IMG/VR virus record: IMGVR_UViG_3300020042_009027
Coordinates: 1-55,344 of that record
DNA: 55,344 nucleotides
Direction: 5' to 3' (one strand)
Source: a virus
Taxonomy: Duplodnaviria > Caudoviricetes
The notes beneath the pieces were generated by a model that saw only the letters and a program-made list of their open reading frames with translations, had not been told where the DNA came from and did no database searches. Shown here one piece after another: positions 20,301-27,390 of this stretch. Made by a program: the position numbers and the translations under genes. How positions within the stretch are numbered: the first letter of the stretch is position 1; the number at the start of each line of letters is the position of its first letter.

Positions 20301-21883
20301 GAAACAATTGCTGCAACAGAAAGGATGTCGGTAACAAGTTGGGGTGCGGCAAAAGCTACTTGAGCACCGATACCGAACTCGTCACCAAATAAACCTACAT
20401 ATTCCTGCCGTCGGCTCATGTTTTTGGAGGCAGTTACGAGCGCGCTAGTAGCGTTTTTATTGCCAAGCACAGAGGGGATACCAAGTAACCCAAGTGCTGC
20501 CACATTAAGGACAGACATCCCAAACTGTTCTGCTCGTTGCTCGAACCCGCTGTAATTTTTAGGGTCGGATAGCCAATCTTCGACAAATTGGCTATCTGTT
20601 TTACCCGCAGCTTTTGCTGCAGTGTATGCCGATGCCGCTTCGCTATCGGACTCAACAATCAATTTCTTAAAGCTGCCTGAAGATTCCTCTAGTCTAGCCT
20701 TTCGGAAGTTATCAAGTTCTACTGCTCGCTCACCTGTAATACCAGCGGCAGCAAGAGTTGCGTCAAACTTTTGCTTATTGACGACGACAGCTGGGGCTAG
20801 CATAGGGTTGCCCATGTTGTCTTCAGCGTATCCAGTTTCTGGTTTATCTGCACTGTAGACAGCACCTACGTTGTGTTTCAGGAAAGCGTCGCTAAACTGC
20901 GAAAGGGTAGCCTCAGAAAAGTTCTCCTTAATAGCGTCATCCCCCATAAGGACAGTAGGGAGATCAAGGGTTTCGTATTGGTTTTTTGCTTTTTTCCCAA
21001 CAACTAAGTCGGTTATGGCATCCATGCCGTCCCCAAGAATCGAACCAATTGGCCCAAACAAGACATCCAGAGTACCGTAAAAAGCTTTTGTTCCCCCTCC
21101 ACGTAGTTCCTGTTGTTGCGCTTCTTTTTTTTCAGCGATGGACTCATCAAGGTATTTTTTGAACTCAGGGTCAGACTTTGATTTTTCATCTAGCAAGATG
21201 CGGAACTCGTCGAACGCTTGCAGTTTCGCAACTGTAGCTCTTCCTTGGTTCGTTAAGTCGAGAGATTGGTTGACGGCGAGCAAGTCTCCGTGATCGATGA
21301 CTCCTGCTGCAAGATACGAATCCAGTTGTCCCCGAACCAAAGAAGGATCGAGTTCAGGGTTGGTGAAGACACGCCTCTCGCCTTTGTCGGTGGTGTAGGC
21401 AGCAATGTCGTATTCACCATTCTTGACAGACGCTTTCCGTGCTTCGGCAACTAGAGCCTTGTTGGACATCACATCATCAAAAGCACTTTGCAGGTCTGCC
21501 GTAGCGGCAGGGTTAAACTTCTTCGCGGATATGTATTTGCGGAGAACATCTGCCCGTGGGTCTGGTGCACCATCGATCCCGCTATCTTGGTGCCCTAGGT
21601 AATCGATCACCCTAGACGCATCTGCATCGACATTCTGGCGCGGAGCAAAAGTCTCCGCGAGTAGTTTGTTGCGCTCCTCTTCAGGCATCTCATCACTGAT
21701 GACCTGTTTCTCTTTGAGGAGACCGATAGCTCCCGCAGAGATGCTATCGCTGATGTCTTTAGTTAGCTGCCCCTCTTTCGCATACGCAGTCTTGAGATAG
21801 TCTGAGTATCCTTTGACTTGGGATTTAGGATCGGGCAAATCTGTCGTGGCAGACCATTCGGAGTAGGGTTTAATTTCCAGCAT
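8336..21883 (-). CDS. Giant (4515 aa) polyvalent virion/ejection protein with GNAT, zincin metallopeptidase and ADP-ribosyltransferase-like modules
   Basis: GNAT-like LDPSERGSGIG...GNILWKKL (~18080-18390); HEFLH at 12635-12649; VYHGT...GFFFT...LKNPY...GHDGII...FSPEQIKS (~11545-12060); Gly/Ala-rich hydrophobic N-terminal segments. Confidence 0.85.
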   Translation of the reverse strand: MLEIKPYSEWSATTDLPDPKSQVKGYSDYLKTAYAKEGQLTKDISDSISAGAIGLLKEKQVISDEMPEEERNKLLAETFAPRQNVDADASRVIDYLGHQDSGIDGAPDPRADVLRKYISAKKFNPAATADLQSAFDDVMSNKALVAEARKASVKNGEYDIAAYTTDKGERRVFTNPELDPSLVRGQLDSYLAAGVIDHGDLLAVNQSLDLTNQGRATVAKLQAFDEFRILLDEKSKSDPEFKKYLDESIAEKKEAQQQELRGGGTKAFYGTLDVLFGPIGSILGDGMDAITDLVVGKKAKNQYETLDLPTVLMGDDAIKENFSEATLSQFSDAFLKHNVGAVYSADKPETGYAEDNMGNPMLAPAVVVNKQKFDATLAAAGITGERAVELDNFRKARLEESSGSFKKLIVESDSEAASAYTAAKAAGKTDSQFVEDWLSDPKNYSGFEQRAEQFGMSVLNVAALGLLGIPSVLGNKNATSALVTASKNMSRRQEYVGLFGDEFGIGAQVAFAAPQLVTDILSVAAIVSSAGLAAPVVAPLRAGVGAVSRIASRAASKVALRGIVRGALAGEPAALAQAAIRTGEATSTGFARVAEAVALKYNQILPSAAQFAVTMKSSMGSSYVSIYSQLPDTMSHEEKHKQAFGFAVASGMSEAAITTALNVFHMGGVETAGLRALGIRNAGDLTWRQSKYLYQTIQNEGKAVTDVAFKKALAKSVTGTFKNFANKAAKGFVDEAFEESLQQAISIAIEDAALDRRTTMSQKFKQVVNAGLVGGFLGGGVTAISDAMPLRRSAKQEALQARVSVLGDIAKRLSESGSPVTAEMVQRRMDVANAALVKETENNAAISEKQAQLKTTDKKFVPAKVANGAGVRVEEDRWDDFEGENITAHGYSGVVEMDSDDNAILRFEKPLSTGETHITLGPRYQKVGETVAQGPDMYVLAEDEGKFSAGDMFAYRNGNRYVFPKTPDILETDLTRDSDGNTTSMVIRGAEHPTSGVKIDIRISTPYRIKAVAKHYGIEEQIGNVARIRPTVKAKVGVPRLLKRVAIKGVKAPAAVKVTKVTQANIKQTIAKALAPAAPAAKAPKVGKAPKAGKVATTTPTPVAPDPVKEEAKVKLGEIQAGLTDKTIVYTDDVGAETERLLALLAAETAATAAPAAPTNSVQIDNIDDIIRDGGGTVKVSQNGRNVNFNQFGVVIDGDSAEVAYVKLDPSERGSGIGLEAYKVLGNALAARGITLRSSKAQYAGGNILWKKLAYAGLVTQLGGGRFAWKKPAPTPAPATAAEVEEAKTKLLKMAAAYESDPSIGTPEFEAEVDRLYAIVSSNEEADEEADAEADEEADEGAVTGLEEQAGDSAAVKQVLLTMQAEVEAVPAYGVLMRRRKIENLDKDLGDLPSEELNKLSDLLATLESKLDENEGVLNSKDETRIRSVVTKLYDRLDYVHRLIGSKIQDKSEAKAKADAKAKADADIAIAAIKAKLGEQANVTEPAKTHDARVELHRLIVGLIREIRGEKDSNQQFVTPPDGDERTGQPLITIAQARANVVEFTKKAAELTDPEFKKIYTELINDYNKAIATGVKRRKRKLDELLEKAGSYVAVKEDEKLTAAEAPLLEAINEYQNPTAKRKGTRIKHETTGRQDTSTKENNLFTYPEEEELFYELAEAGVAVTNLEQFGQFIVADSFLAGRFSKDKPVPLFSYTRLEGDTFNRRSYVKQKRKLLHEIIYDKYPPIKPKKADKVTYKDSRRVYYTTADTREKIKLPIIVNEKGVPIKGFFTNDSLITTLQREQGYDVFIDAETIAKHENIKSKFRINKSIAFDRGTGLVLGTCDPVTGELRYDKGIINKDRSGGFLGTPKETQGNNEFVEALADLKSVKGLEGYLLRSAGKPFGYTDAEIATRLSESGKGLPLSDYVNGVKDYFLTRKGAAQESPGEYAMRKTHGVHEELASQTALNAYIAYYVHVREFAIGQKLLDSVNKQLKLAGQERKKGKISPKLKEGNTDTIDSLLERRDLSSQRDLILKGLRESFSGTDYEVASAIGLRFPRLATSNNPETVMVNYGISLLSRLLESPKKKGDTESSEDVAQAREDENALDLRAGLLPVNYFMVKFAHEAKLRAQRADDLVLEGTMEAAAGEDGGVKDTINQLITLGNLGKFSVSADYPAQSSVEDGTQTEAGEFYYSELRERLTKLVDNNESLREAMGDLLKLFKIDAADRPASDTLYLLESSMNGGGQLGMVETKRIVSRMSKTPEGQRVGLILVQFGVIPPVALYNEAGRLVVTPTQIGELDTTTPIRNRDITVAGAKDAARRRTEYLALRPTEDGLSAEQRAEYESIISSNEDIQAAMAKAQEYLDRFYKISSDVEALGSVLAENAPTEELIEVSVSDEVAKLRQDIAGGFPTDSVVLDLMKQSEAASTVATPVAPSQAAPSSNPVIVDMVALGLDAKEESIREIEREAYSNLAVALAAIDMLNDVRASEKAGDEVELNDDLSDIPKLNRIATRLAALPKEEGSADRPVAVRYPKTDAINLFIEQRALKLLPSQVPEPSKAQKKEYALPLGQQVINAVRKTKYAGMLAGIKEQLDEQFAAADVEAAAAVEAKIAANVPAPIPIKEQKALIAAYNRANKASLKAMSPEQRQATAVSRAAEEDIMSKLDDAQKAQRIKKLNETNAAEQARLTAEQAQRTAKLAATKASYDELQERIQARLDFLTEAANIYINGYQEAEGKFVSRSGADAAAAAARTAAAEEAVAEAREAQDAVVAADAEAAAAAKEAAIAEAAIEDAKSEGDRQGIRNAIQDSVRAEIYARETRDAATAAANAAAAANAAADEAIENARRVTYLSDDPLRIRYNEVLKTLAGRISSSLVKLLQNPNNGIAKARLAKDEKTRDIILKGGVQGIRNRFERRIVTQKEQALVALTRSERAKAAASKDIRALTGVATKGAKAAQNLYGNEKRLDTFFYKEGEAGVNRVIFVRPEPRYYSASIISPETIEAARKANNADVATLGLRSGDIESAISALQLVAKSRDKVLAPLAKLLLQNQSLIRSIDFRIVDAAGAAAGWYSLGSNSVTLNLAAHNGSGLANVLIHEFLHAPTVRALSNPVSPAEVEANKRVSAIRNLAIQRAQQLNLMGSKIVQDGLSSNHEFVTTLLTSPDFASAMRVATPEGQRSFKQRVIDVIKRLFGFDSPNDLIDQAMTQILDFTEATIVSPNNYSMRNDSFARNQYRNSRAAQRTRDVAKQTELDDTQELDDLVFDELFSGSIISNDAQREARLQQDQEYLDAVEAGDMETAQRMVDDAAEEAGYGSPKVYHGTPAESLDVFDVKRQGSHRKDKTDMGFFFTSREGLAKIYTKRTGSIISARLSLKNPYRVSVPEGYTWGVSNTPSKQSQVFYDFNNKEIQKAAKDGGHDGIIVEGSDTLYIAFSPEQIKSADPVTYDVDGNVIPLSQRFNSGSNNIYFSKSIIPNEFSFSEATVTPEDTVNMSTSARDARREEGGGVLPTPVPSPEDELGDLTFFSQAVDGVRTTGSEDRTSFSLPLWGITESAKKKIKKLGDMAKGNVPKDVKKLIDEINGSTNLVTYNAEVFAKNWPKLRDAAINSGATIEEIGAVLGTTMPVLTKADQKAITTQLRSFAQTIPDSMPLAERKELLSRKRSEFTEPYYQTSANGFLVKQAEAEQRLRQLGNGKLVDLMVDFRKQMNKDKVKINHGESNDIYLTRSYKFFTTEGWSKFVMVGGKQMIDGVLIDFDELRAEASKRFYDEVMDAHDLAVRLDATTIPLTQQEISEQMLEKLDAYLRDLVKRGDESRKTGGLSSLKRDLDRFKKKKDIDVELRGLLGEVTDPFENAIRTARSVGRLAANSEFLKQFTALALDSGLASLTPTLDSTEMFGDSGDPDLEPLAGLYVRNDIAAALRNEFGSKKAEFEANSDRILTAGGVVLSRIAGIATHVKTKGSVGFYPRNVLTGMVQTFMQGIPPSSGIRATKIAWLGSSPFLNEATPEEQAYIRRLIELNMLRDSAFSKGISDLLRGFSESTDDALQRAMNDFIYAEQTKDTSKLSSGAKMVWDGIKKAGVRTDQFLSALNDTIDSAFKINAFEYELKVLKNAYGDTKTQAWLEAEAAVKIKASFPTHSQQFDLIKSFNKTPLSLAVFSFARYKSEVMRNMFNTLPLALSEIKTKNPVLVRRGVQRVLGFAGTIAIGGEVLSAIASAVFKSLVGGDEEDDDKLIGEEVPPDQMRVLKNGLSKWQRDHTLYAQMLGNGDLSVINLTNILPHSMAVDLFRLAAKGDVEGGINYLAQDVFGEQIAFSAVTEATQNRNSSGFEIYSEADGTAAKFYKVFTHLRDNMLIPSAILKGRDILREGEQNSKEMFVGELIGARPRVVPLTDVVRKALREAKRQQNNALDLRDVLGSKRFLPQDELDDAVINSQKAINNARITLKEVMDTARKRGIPDATIYSMANKDAKFSKDTIAAANAGLSIGWFPNAAYYADIKRNVDQGKEESGEARAKRIYDSVKQNMLPRYSISRDDS

Positions 21884-21921
21884 CGTGAAAGTTAATTATA
21901 TGTTGTGTCGTATTGTGTCGG

Positions 21922-22902
21922 CTATTCGAAAAATAAACCTTGTGGGTTTTTGTTTTTGTCGTTGTTGTTTTGGCTTGTGCTAAAGGTGTCGTAATATCGC
22001 TTCTGCACGTCTTGAGAAATCTTGAGTTTTTCTTTGGGGGATGTCGTTTTGATGAGCGCGGCTTTCTCCGCAGGAGTCCCGTAGAAGCTTACCAGATTCG
22101 CGATATTGGCTTCGTCGCTCGCATCTTTGAATTGATCTTGAGGCACACCTAATTCATTAGTAAGTAGTGATGCCCTGCTGGCGTTAGCTAACACTGTGGT
22201 GGCTACTCTGTCGCGGGTGTCCTTCGCTTCTTTAGCGTCTGCAAGCTGCTGCTTGAGCGCGTTCTGTTTTTCTATCGCTGCCTGCTTCCCGCGCATAGCA
22301 ATGTCGGCAGGTATAGGGGTGGTTGCAGTAATTGCTGCCCCGATCGACTTACCGTATTTTTCGACATACTCTGGGTCGCCACCATCACGCCAATAGTCAT
22401 ATCCTGTGATGGCATCCTGTTTCGAGGGTGCGAGTGCAAAGCGAGCTGCATTATATGCTTGGCTTGCTGCTTCATTGAAAGCAAGCACGCCAGCGTTCTT
22501 AACACCGTATATCCCATACAGGCGATTTTTTTCGTCTATGCCAAGCGCTGGGTTAGATATGATTTCGTCAAGCCCTTGTTGGAAAGGTAGCAATGCGCCA
22601 AGTTGTTCTCGTTGCTGCGCTGCTTTATCGCGAGCCGTTTGCAGATTCAAGATAGACGCTTCGTATTGGAGCTTACGTGACTTGCGTTCTTGTTCCGCGT
22701 CTACTGTCGACAGTTTGCTCATCGAAGCAAACGATTGGTCGAGAGCATTAGACTGTGCTGTTGCAATCTTGTTGCGTGCGTAATCGCTTATCTTAGGGTT
22801 ACTAAGGAGCGAGGAAAAAAATTGCCGTTTTAATGGCATCACGTCCCGCTCATACGATAGTGCGGGGCTCTCTGTAAAGTCTACTTGGTCTCCGATTGCC
22901 AT
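21922..22902 (-). CDS. Probable internal virion protein
   Basis: 326-aa helical ORF immediately upstream of the giant protein; call is positional. Confidence 0.55.
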   Translation of the reverse strand: MAIGDQVDFTESPALSYERDVMPLKRQFFSSLLSNPKISDYARNKIATAQSNALDQSFASMSKLSTVDAEQERKSRKLQYEASILNLQTARDKAAQQREQLGALLPFQQGLDEIISNPALGIDEKNRLYGIYGVKNAGVLAFNEAASQAYNAARFALAPSKQDAITGYDYWRDGGDPEYVEKYGKSIGAAITATTPIPADIAMRGKQAAIEKQNALKQQLADAKEAKDTRDRVATTVLANASRASLLTNELGVPQDQFKDASDEANIANLVSFYGTPAEKAALIKTTSPKEKLKISQDVQKRYYDTFSTSQNNNDKNKNPQGLFFE

Positions 22903-22903
22903 T

Positions 22904-23965
22904 TTATTTACCCATCCTAGCTAGAAATCTTTCGGCTTCGCCTCTCTGCCTTAGTCCCATTCGTTGTTTCACTAAATAGTCTTCATACTCTTTGGCCGCA
23001 GCACGCTGCTCCTTGGAAGGTTTGAACAGAGGTTTAGTTTCCTTCTTCTGTTTCTCGTATTCGTATTGCCCAACAGGAAGCCTGCTTTCATTTCCTGAAA
23101 GCACTACCTTACCAAACGATCCCTTGTAGGGTTGCGCCTCCTCTTCAGGTTTCAGGCCATAAGTAGTCGGTTGCCCTGCGGCATTTGTCTGCATGAGAGC
23201 AGGGTAGTTCTTCAATGTGTCGGCAGCCATAGCCGCTTCCAAACTGGCTGGCGTATCAGGAGCAGGAGTGACAGGTGCAGCAGGTGCTGCAGGTGCAGCA
23301 GATGCAGCAGGTGCAGCAGGTGCAGCAGGTGCAGCAGGTGCAGGAGGACCTACAAAAGGTGTAGCAGTAGGTCGTGCAATAGAGAATGGAGGTGCAGAAA
23401 CTTTAGGCACTCCTTGTGCATCCATCATGCTGTCGACGCCCTTAGGCGCTGCAGGTGTAGCAGAAGCGGGAGCGGGGGTAACAGGCGCTGGCGTAGTAGG
23501 ACGTGCAATAGAGAATGGGGGCGCAGAAACTGCAGGAGTAGTAGGCGTGACAGTAGGTAAACGGGATGATGCCTCAGCAAAAGCTTGCGGGGTTACGTTT
23601 AACTTGGCAGCACGATCAGCAAATTCCTTTGCTCGATCCTTCCCTGCTACTTGCATCTCACCAAACAAATCCTTGCGTTGCTGCAACAGTGCGCCCGTAG
23701 CAGGTGCGGTGTAGCCAGAGTTAAAGGCAACATTTTGGTTCTCCGCAGCTTGCAAATTTTTTTCTATTGCGAAGCGGTTCTCGTAATTCCGAACCTTAAA
23801 GCCTCGTTTCTCGCCAGCAGCTTCCTGTGCCGCAGCACCTGCAAGACCTGCGGCAGCGTTTTCGCCCGCTTTGCCTCCAAGCAAACGGCGCATCCTTTTC
23901 GCCTCGAGGATTAGACGAGTCGATTCACGTCCTATTGGTCCTGATCTCTCACTGAGTACTCCCAT
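22904..23965 (-). CDS. Ala/Pro-rich probable internal virion protein (start probably ATG 23965)
   Basis: APAAPA repeats and a duplicated VSAPPFSIARPT; first gene of the three-gene block. Confidence 0.55.
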   Translation of the reverse strand: MGVLSERSGPIGRESTRLILEAKRMRRLLGGKAGENAAAGLAGAAAQEAAGEKRGFKVRNYENRFAIEKNLQAAENQNVAFNSGYTAPATGALLQQRKDLFGEMQVAGKDRAKEFADRAAKLNVTPQAFAEASSRLPTVTPTTPAVSAPPFSIARPTTPAPVTPAPASATPAAPKGVDSMMDAQGVPKVSAPPFSIARPTATPFVGPPAPAAPAAPAAPAASAAPAAPAAPVTPAPDTPASLEAAMAADTLKNYPALMQTNAAGQPTTYGLKPEEEAQPYKGSFGKVVLSGNESRLPVGQYEYEKQKKETKPLFKPSKEQRAAAKEYEDYLVKQRMGLRQRGEAERFLARMGK

Positions 23966-23981
23966 AAGTTGTAGTGCCGCA

Positions 23982-24009
23982 ACCATACAAAAATAATACC
24001 AAAATGCAA
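23982..24009 (-). promoter_or_regulatory. Candidate sigma70-type promoter TTGCAT-16-TATGGT
   Basis: Directly upstream of ATG 23965; weak consensus. Confidence 0.35.
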
Positions 24010-24076
24010 GATAAAATTTACCGAACTTTGACACTCGCGGAAATGCCCTCGCGGAAAAACGAATCGGCAAGTTTAA

Positions 24077-24171
24077 GAAAGAATTGAAAAAAAGTTTTCT
24101 CTATAGTATAAAGTTTTTCTAGTATAGTAATTCATATTAATTCATATAATTCAAATCATCACTTTCTATTT
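24077..24171. repeat. 95-bp AT-rich direct repeat, copy 1 (copy 2 at 55250-55344)
   Basis: 94/95 identical (g24094 vs t55267); continues into an inverted repeat spanning 24127-24196. Confidence 0.95.
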
Positions 24172-24290
24172 GAATTACTGAATTAATATGAATTACAGGG
24201 GTTGAGAAAACTCTTTGGATTTTTCCTGTGAGTCGAAACGTCCTCCGTGGAACAATTACAGGTTTTGTGGAACATAAAATCGGATGGTTT

Positions 24291-26087
24291 TTAGTCCAAA
24301 TAAGCGGAGCTGGAACGGCTCGTGACATCCAAATCACGCATCGATCTCGGGGGTGCTATTCTGTAAACGCCAAACTCATTTGCTTTTGGTGGGTCGAGAG
24401 CAACCAAACCTAGACGTTGCCTTGCTAGGTCGAGGGCAATAAAAGCAGCATCAGCTAAGTCAGGCGAATAGCCTAAACGTGTCTTGAGGTCTGCTTTCGT
24501 TTCCACTTTTACTTTGAGTGTGCCACTCTTTACCATGTCGTATCTGCGGGCACACATCTCTTTGATAAGGTCACCGCTCAAACCTTTAATTTGGTTCGTG
24601 CGCAAAAACTCTTTTCCAACAAACCACAACTCACTTACGCGGTTGGTGTAGAGCTCTGACCCTGTCAGCCTACTGTTGAGGGACACCCTCTTGTCTGTAG
24701 GGTTTCCTCCGAAAGGCACACGCAAGAACTCGTGGGACCACTCTCCTGCGATGATGTCACAGAAAGGGGAACCCGCACCCGTCGAATCGATTGCTACGTT
24801 CGCTGGCGTTATACCCATCTTGACGCAGGTATCTCTGATTTGGTGTGCGATCTGATACGAGCGCGGGACAGCTTTGTTTTGGGTATCATCATTCAACATC
24901 ACTGGAGTCAAGAACTGGATGACAAATTGCCCCCGTTCATCGAAACCTACGTCAGCAGGAAACAGAACTGTTCGGTCTCCGCCGTTCGTAAAGGCGGGGT
25001 CAACCCCTGCAATCCTTGTTGGTTTGCCTTTGAACACGACATTCTTCATTGCTCCGCTCGACACTATGTCAGCCTCGCCATAGATGCCCTCTGTCTCATC
25101 GCTATCAAAGAACACGGCACGCACCATTCGCATGTAGGCTCGGCTGCGTTCCCCGAGAAGGAGTTTATCTTCTTCGACCTTCTCCTTTGTAGGGAGGAAC
25201 TGGTATAGGGTTTCGCCAGCAAGGATGTTTGGGCTGCGTTCCCCATCAAGTCGGATATATTTCCCACCCCATTTGGTGCGCCATGTATCGTCTACTTCAG
25301 GTGTAACAGAATCCCACCCATTTTCGGGGGTGGACCAAACGCCGAAAGCATCGAACCGACTAGCGGGGTTATGCAATCCCTTTAGCTCAAATTCGGGGTT
25401 CTTTGACAGGTTACTCAAACCTGCCATTAGGATAGCCTCGCTCAATTCTCCTAGCTCATCACCAATCAGGATTACCTTTTTCTGTTTGAGACCAATGAAT
25501 TTACCGATTGCCTCGCGTGTTCTGCTTCGCTCAGCAGCAATAAGCGACAACCCCGCACGGTCGAACGTCTGCCCTTTTTCGTCGACATAGTTCGCAGAAC
25601 CTATCGAGTCGCGGATGTTGATTGGGGCCCCGTCGATAACAGATAGCAAAGAAATGACAGAGCCCCAAATCCGTTTACGTGCTTCCCGTAAAGTTGTGCT
25701 TGTCATAAGCACCAACGTATCCCTTGGTGCTGCCAACCAACTAATGATACCGTAGCCTGCAAGAGTGTGGCTCTTGCCGCTGGAAGCCGCCCCACCTACA
25801 GCAAGGTATTTGTTGCGTATGCACTCGTGGATGATTAAGTCTGCCCACGGGTGCCTGACGAACATGTGCTCAGGTAGGTCGTCGCGGTTCCAGAGTTCAT
25901 CGGCGCACCGCCAAAAGTAATACTCCTTAGCCCGAGCGGAAGGGTGATTGCTGAAGCCCCATAGCAAGGCAGTCAGCGTATTGGTAATAGGGATACTCAA
26001 ACCCCCCACATCCATCCGATTTGTAGTGGCATCGATGCAAGGCTCCAATACCATTTTCTTTTTTGCGCTCAACCTCCCCGAAGACAT
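24291..26087 (-). CDS. terL: Terminase large subunit
   Basis: Walker A GAASSGKS, Walker B ILIGDE, LHNP coupling motif, RNase H-like AGVDPA...GGDRTV and SPDLADA. Confidence 0.9.
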   Translation of the reverse strand: MSSGRLSAKKKMVLEPCIDATTNRMDVGGLSIPITNTLTALLWGFSNHPSARAKEYYFWRCADELWNRDDLPEHMFVRHPWADLIIHECIRNKYLAVGGAASSGKSHTLAGYGIISWLAAPRDTLVLMTSTTLREARKRIWGSVISLLSVIDGAPINIRDSIGSANYVDEKGQTFDRAGLSLIAAERSRTREAIGKFIGLKQKKVILIGDELGELSEAILMAGLSNLSKNPEFELKGLHNPASRFDAFGVWSTPENGWDSVTPEVDDTWRTKWGGKYIRLDGERSPNILAGETLYQFLPTKEKVEEDKLLLGERSRAYMRMVRAVFFDSDETEGIYGEADIVSSGAMKNVVFKGKPTRIAGVDPAFTNGGDRTVLFPADVGFDERGQFVIQFLTPVMLNDDTQNKAVPRSYQIAHQIRDTCVKMGITPANVAIDSTGAGSPFCDIIAGEWSHEFLRVPFGGNPTDKRVSLNSRLTGSELYTNRVSELWFVGKEFLRTNQIKGLSGDLIKEMCARRYDMVKSGTLKVKVETKADLKTRLGYSPDLADAAFIALDLARQRLGLVALDPPKANEFGVYRIAPPRSMRDLDVTSRSSSAYLD

Positions 26088-26114
26088 AGTCACGTTTAAC
26101 ACACAAAACACCTC

Positions 26115-26143
26115 TTGACAATAGCTAACATATGTGTTTGCTT
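26115..26143 (+). promoter_or_regulatory. Candidate sigma70 promoter TTGACA-17-TTGCTT
   Basis: 9 nt upstream of ATG 26153; shares TAGCTAACA and GCTTACG with the promoter at 27362. Confidence 0.55.
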
Positions 26144-26152
26144 ACGCCGAGT

Positions 26153-26860
26153 ATGTCTACCAGCAAGCTGCCGAAACGCGTAAGCAAAACGCCTAAGGCA
26201 ATAAAACAAGTTCGTCTAAATAGGTTGCGCTCAGAGCGAGTGCGTGAACGCGAAGAACTCCGTAAGCGTGTCCTAGAACTTTATTCCCAAGGACTGATAC
26301 AGGCTCGAATAGCTGATGAGCTGAAAATAACACAACGCCTCGTAGGCTCGTGGCTAAAGGAAGAAGGTGTCCTTATTCCTCGCAAAGCGAAAGACCCATC
26401 AAAAGAACTTGCGCACGATAAAGCGACTGAGGTAGCTCTTGTTGACGAGTTTCACCAAGAACTCGAAACCACCGTAGACAAGTCAATTGAACTCTCAGCT
26501 CTCGGTGCCCGCGACAAAGAGATGGAAGACTTGCTCGAAGTTGCACGCAACCAAGCATCACCCGCAGACAAATATCAAGCGTATGTCGCGGCAGCAGGGA
26601 TGAGGATGCTACGCGACAACCTCATGCAAGTTCGCGGTCCTCGCACCATCCGCGAGATGTCGGAGCTTGATCAGATTATCCGACGCAATCTTGGGTTGAA
26701 CCCTAAACAAGGAGGGGGAGGCGGAGCAGGTGGGCTAACTATCGACATATCGATCCTGAACAACGCAAAGGCAGACAAGAAGCATTCGATCATCAAGGTC
26801 AAAGGTAAGATGATGGATGCTGATGAAACCGACGAATTAGAAATAGGGGACGGGCAATGA
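26153..26860 (+). CDS. HTH protein, putative terminase small subunit
   Basis: N-terminal HTH (LYSQGLIQARIADELKITQRLVGSWL), helical core, Gly-rich LTIDISIL tail; adjacent to terL. Confidence 0.55.
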   Translation: MSTSKLPKRVSKTPKAIKQVRLNRLRSERVREREELRKRVLELYSQGLIQARIADELKITQRLVGSWLKEEGVLIPRKAKDPSKELAHDKATEVALVDEFHQELETTVDKSIELSALGARDKEMEDLLEVARNQASPADKYQAYVAAAGMRMLRDNLMQVRGPRTIREMSELDQIIRRNLGLNPKQGGGGGAGGLTIDISILNNAKADKKHSIIKVKGKMMDADETDELEIGDGQ

Positions 26861-27336
26861 AATTCCGTATCGGGATTGACAACGGACTTGACGGAGGCAT
26901 CAGCACACTCTCCCTCGACAACAAGATTCTTCGGAGAGTGCGGATGCCCACGAAAAAAGTAGGCAAGGGGAGGGAGGTTTGCCCCATTGCTTTTGCAGCA
27001 ATCCTTTCTGAGTTCCCTGTTGCTGAGAGCATTGTTGCGATTGAGGAACCACTTAAACATGCAAAGTCATCGCAAGCAATACGCTCAATGGCTTACTCCT
27101 TTGGTTTATGCGTTGGGGTCGCAGCAACCCTCGGCTACAAAATAGAAGTTACCCCCGTCCAAAAATGGCAAAAAGCGATACTAGGAAAAGTCCCAAAAGG
27201 CTTGACTAAAAGGTTTGCTCTTGCCGCTGCGACAAAGCTTTGGCCTGACGAAAACTTCCTTGCTACCCCTCGCAGCACCACACCGCATGACGGGATCATT
27301 GACGCTGCTCTTATTGCCTACTTTACAAATAAGTAG
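26857..27336 (+). CDS. ruvC: RuvC-like Holliday junction resolvase
   Basis: IGIDNGLDGG, AIEE, P.qkWqK and HDGIIDAALIA motifs. Confidence 0.85.
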   Translation: MKFRIGIDNGLDGGISTLSLDNKILRRVRMPTKKVGKGREVCPIAFAAILSEFPVAESIVAIEEPLKHAKSSQAIRSMAYSFGLCVGVAATLGYKIEVTPVQKWQKAILGKVPKGLTKRFALAAATKLWPDENFLATPRSTTPHDGIIDAALIAYFTNK

Positions 27337-27361
27337 GAGATAAAATAATTGAAGAAAGTTG

Positions 27362-27390
27362 TTGACTTAGCTAACACGTTAGTCTAGCTT
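27362..27390 (+). promoter_or_regulatory. Candidate sigma70 promoter TTGACT-17-TAGCTT with palindromic spacer CTAAC-ac-GTTAG
   Basis: Intergenic, heads the small-ORF cluster. Confidence 0.65.

Noticed and set aside
8336-21883. Virion RNA polymerase (N4- or crAss-type) within the giant protein
   Set aside because: No DxDGD/DFDID or T7-like polymerase motif set was recognised by eye; a divergent polymerase cannot be excluded without profile searches.
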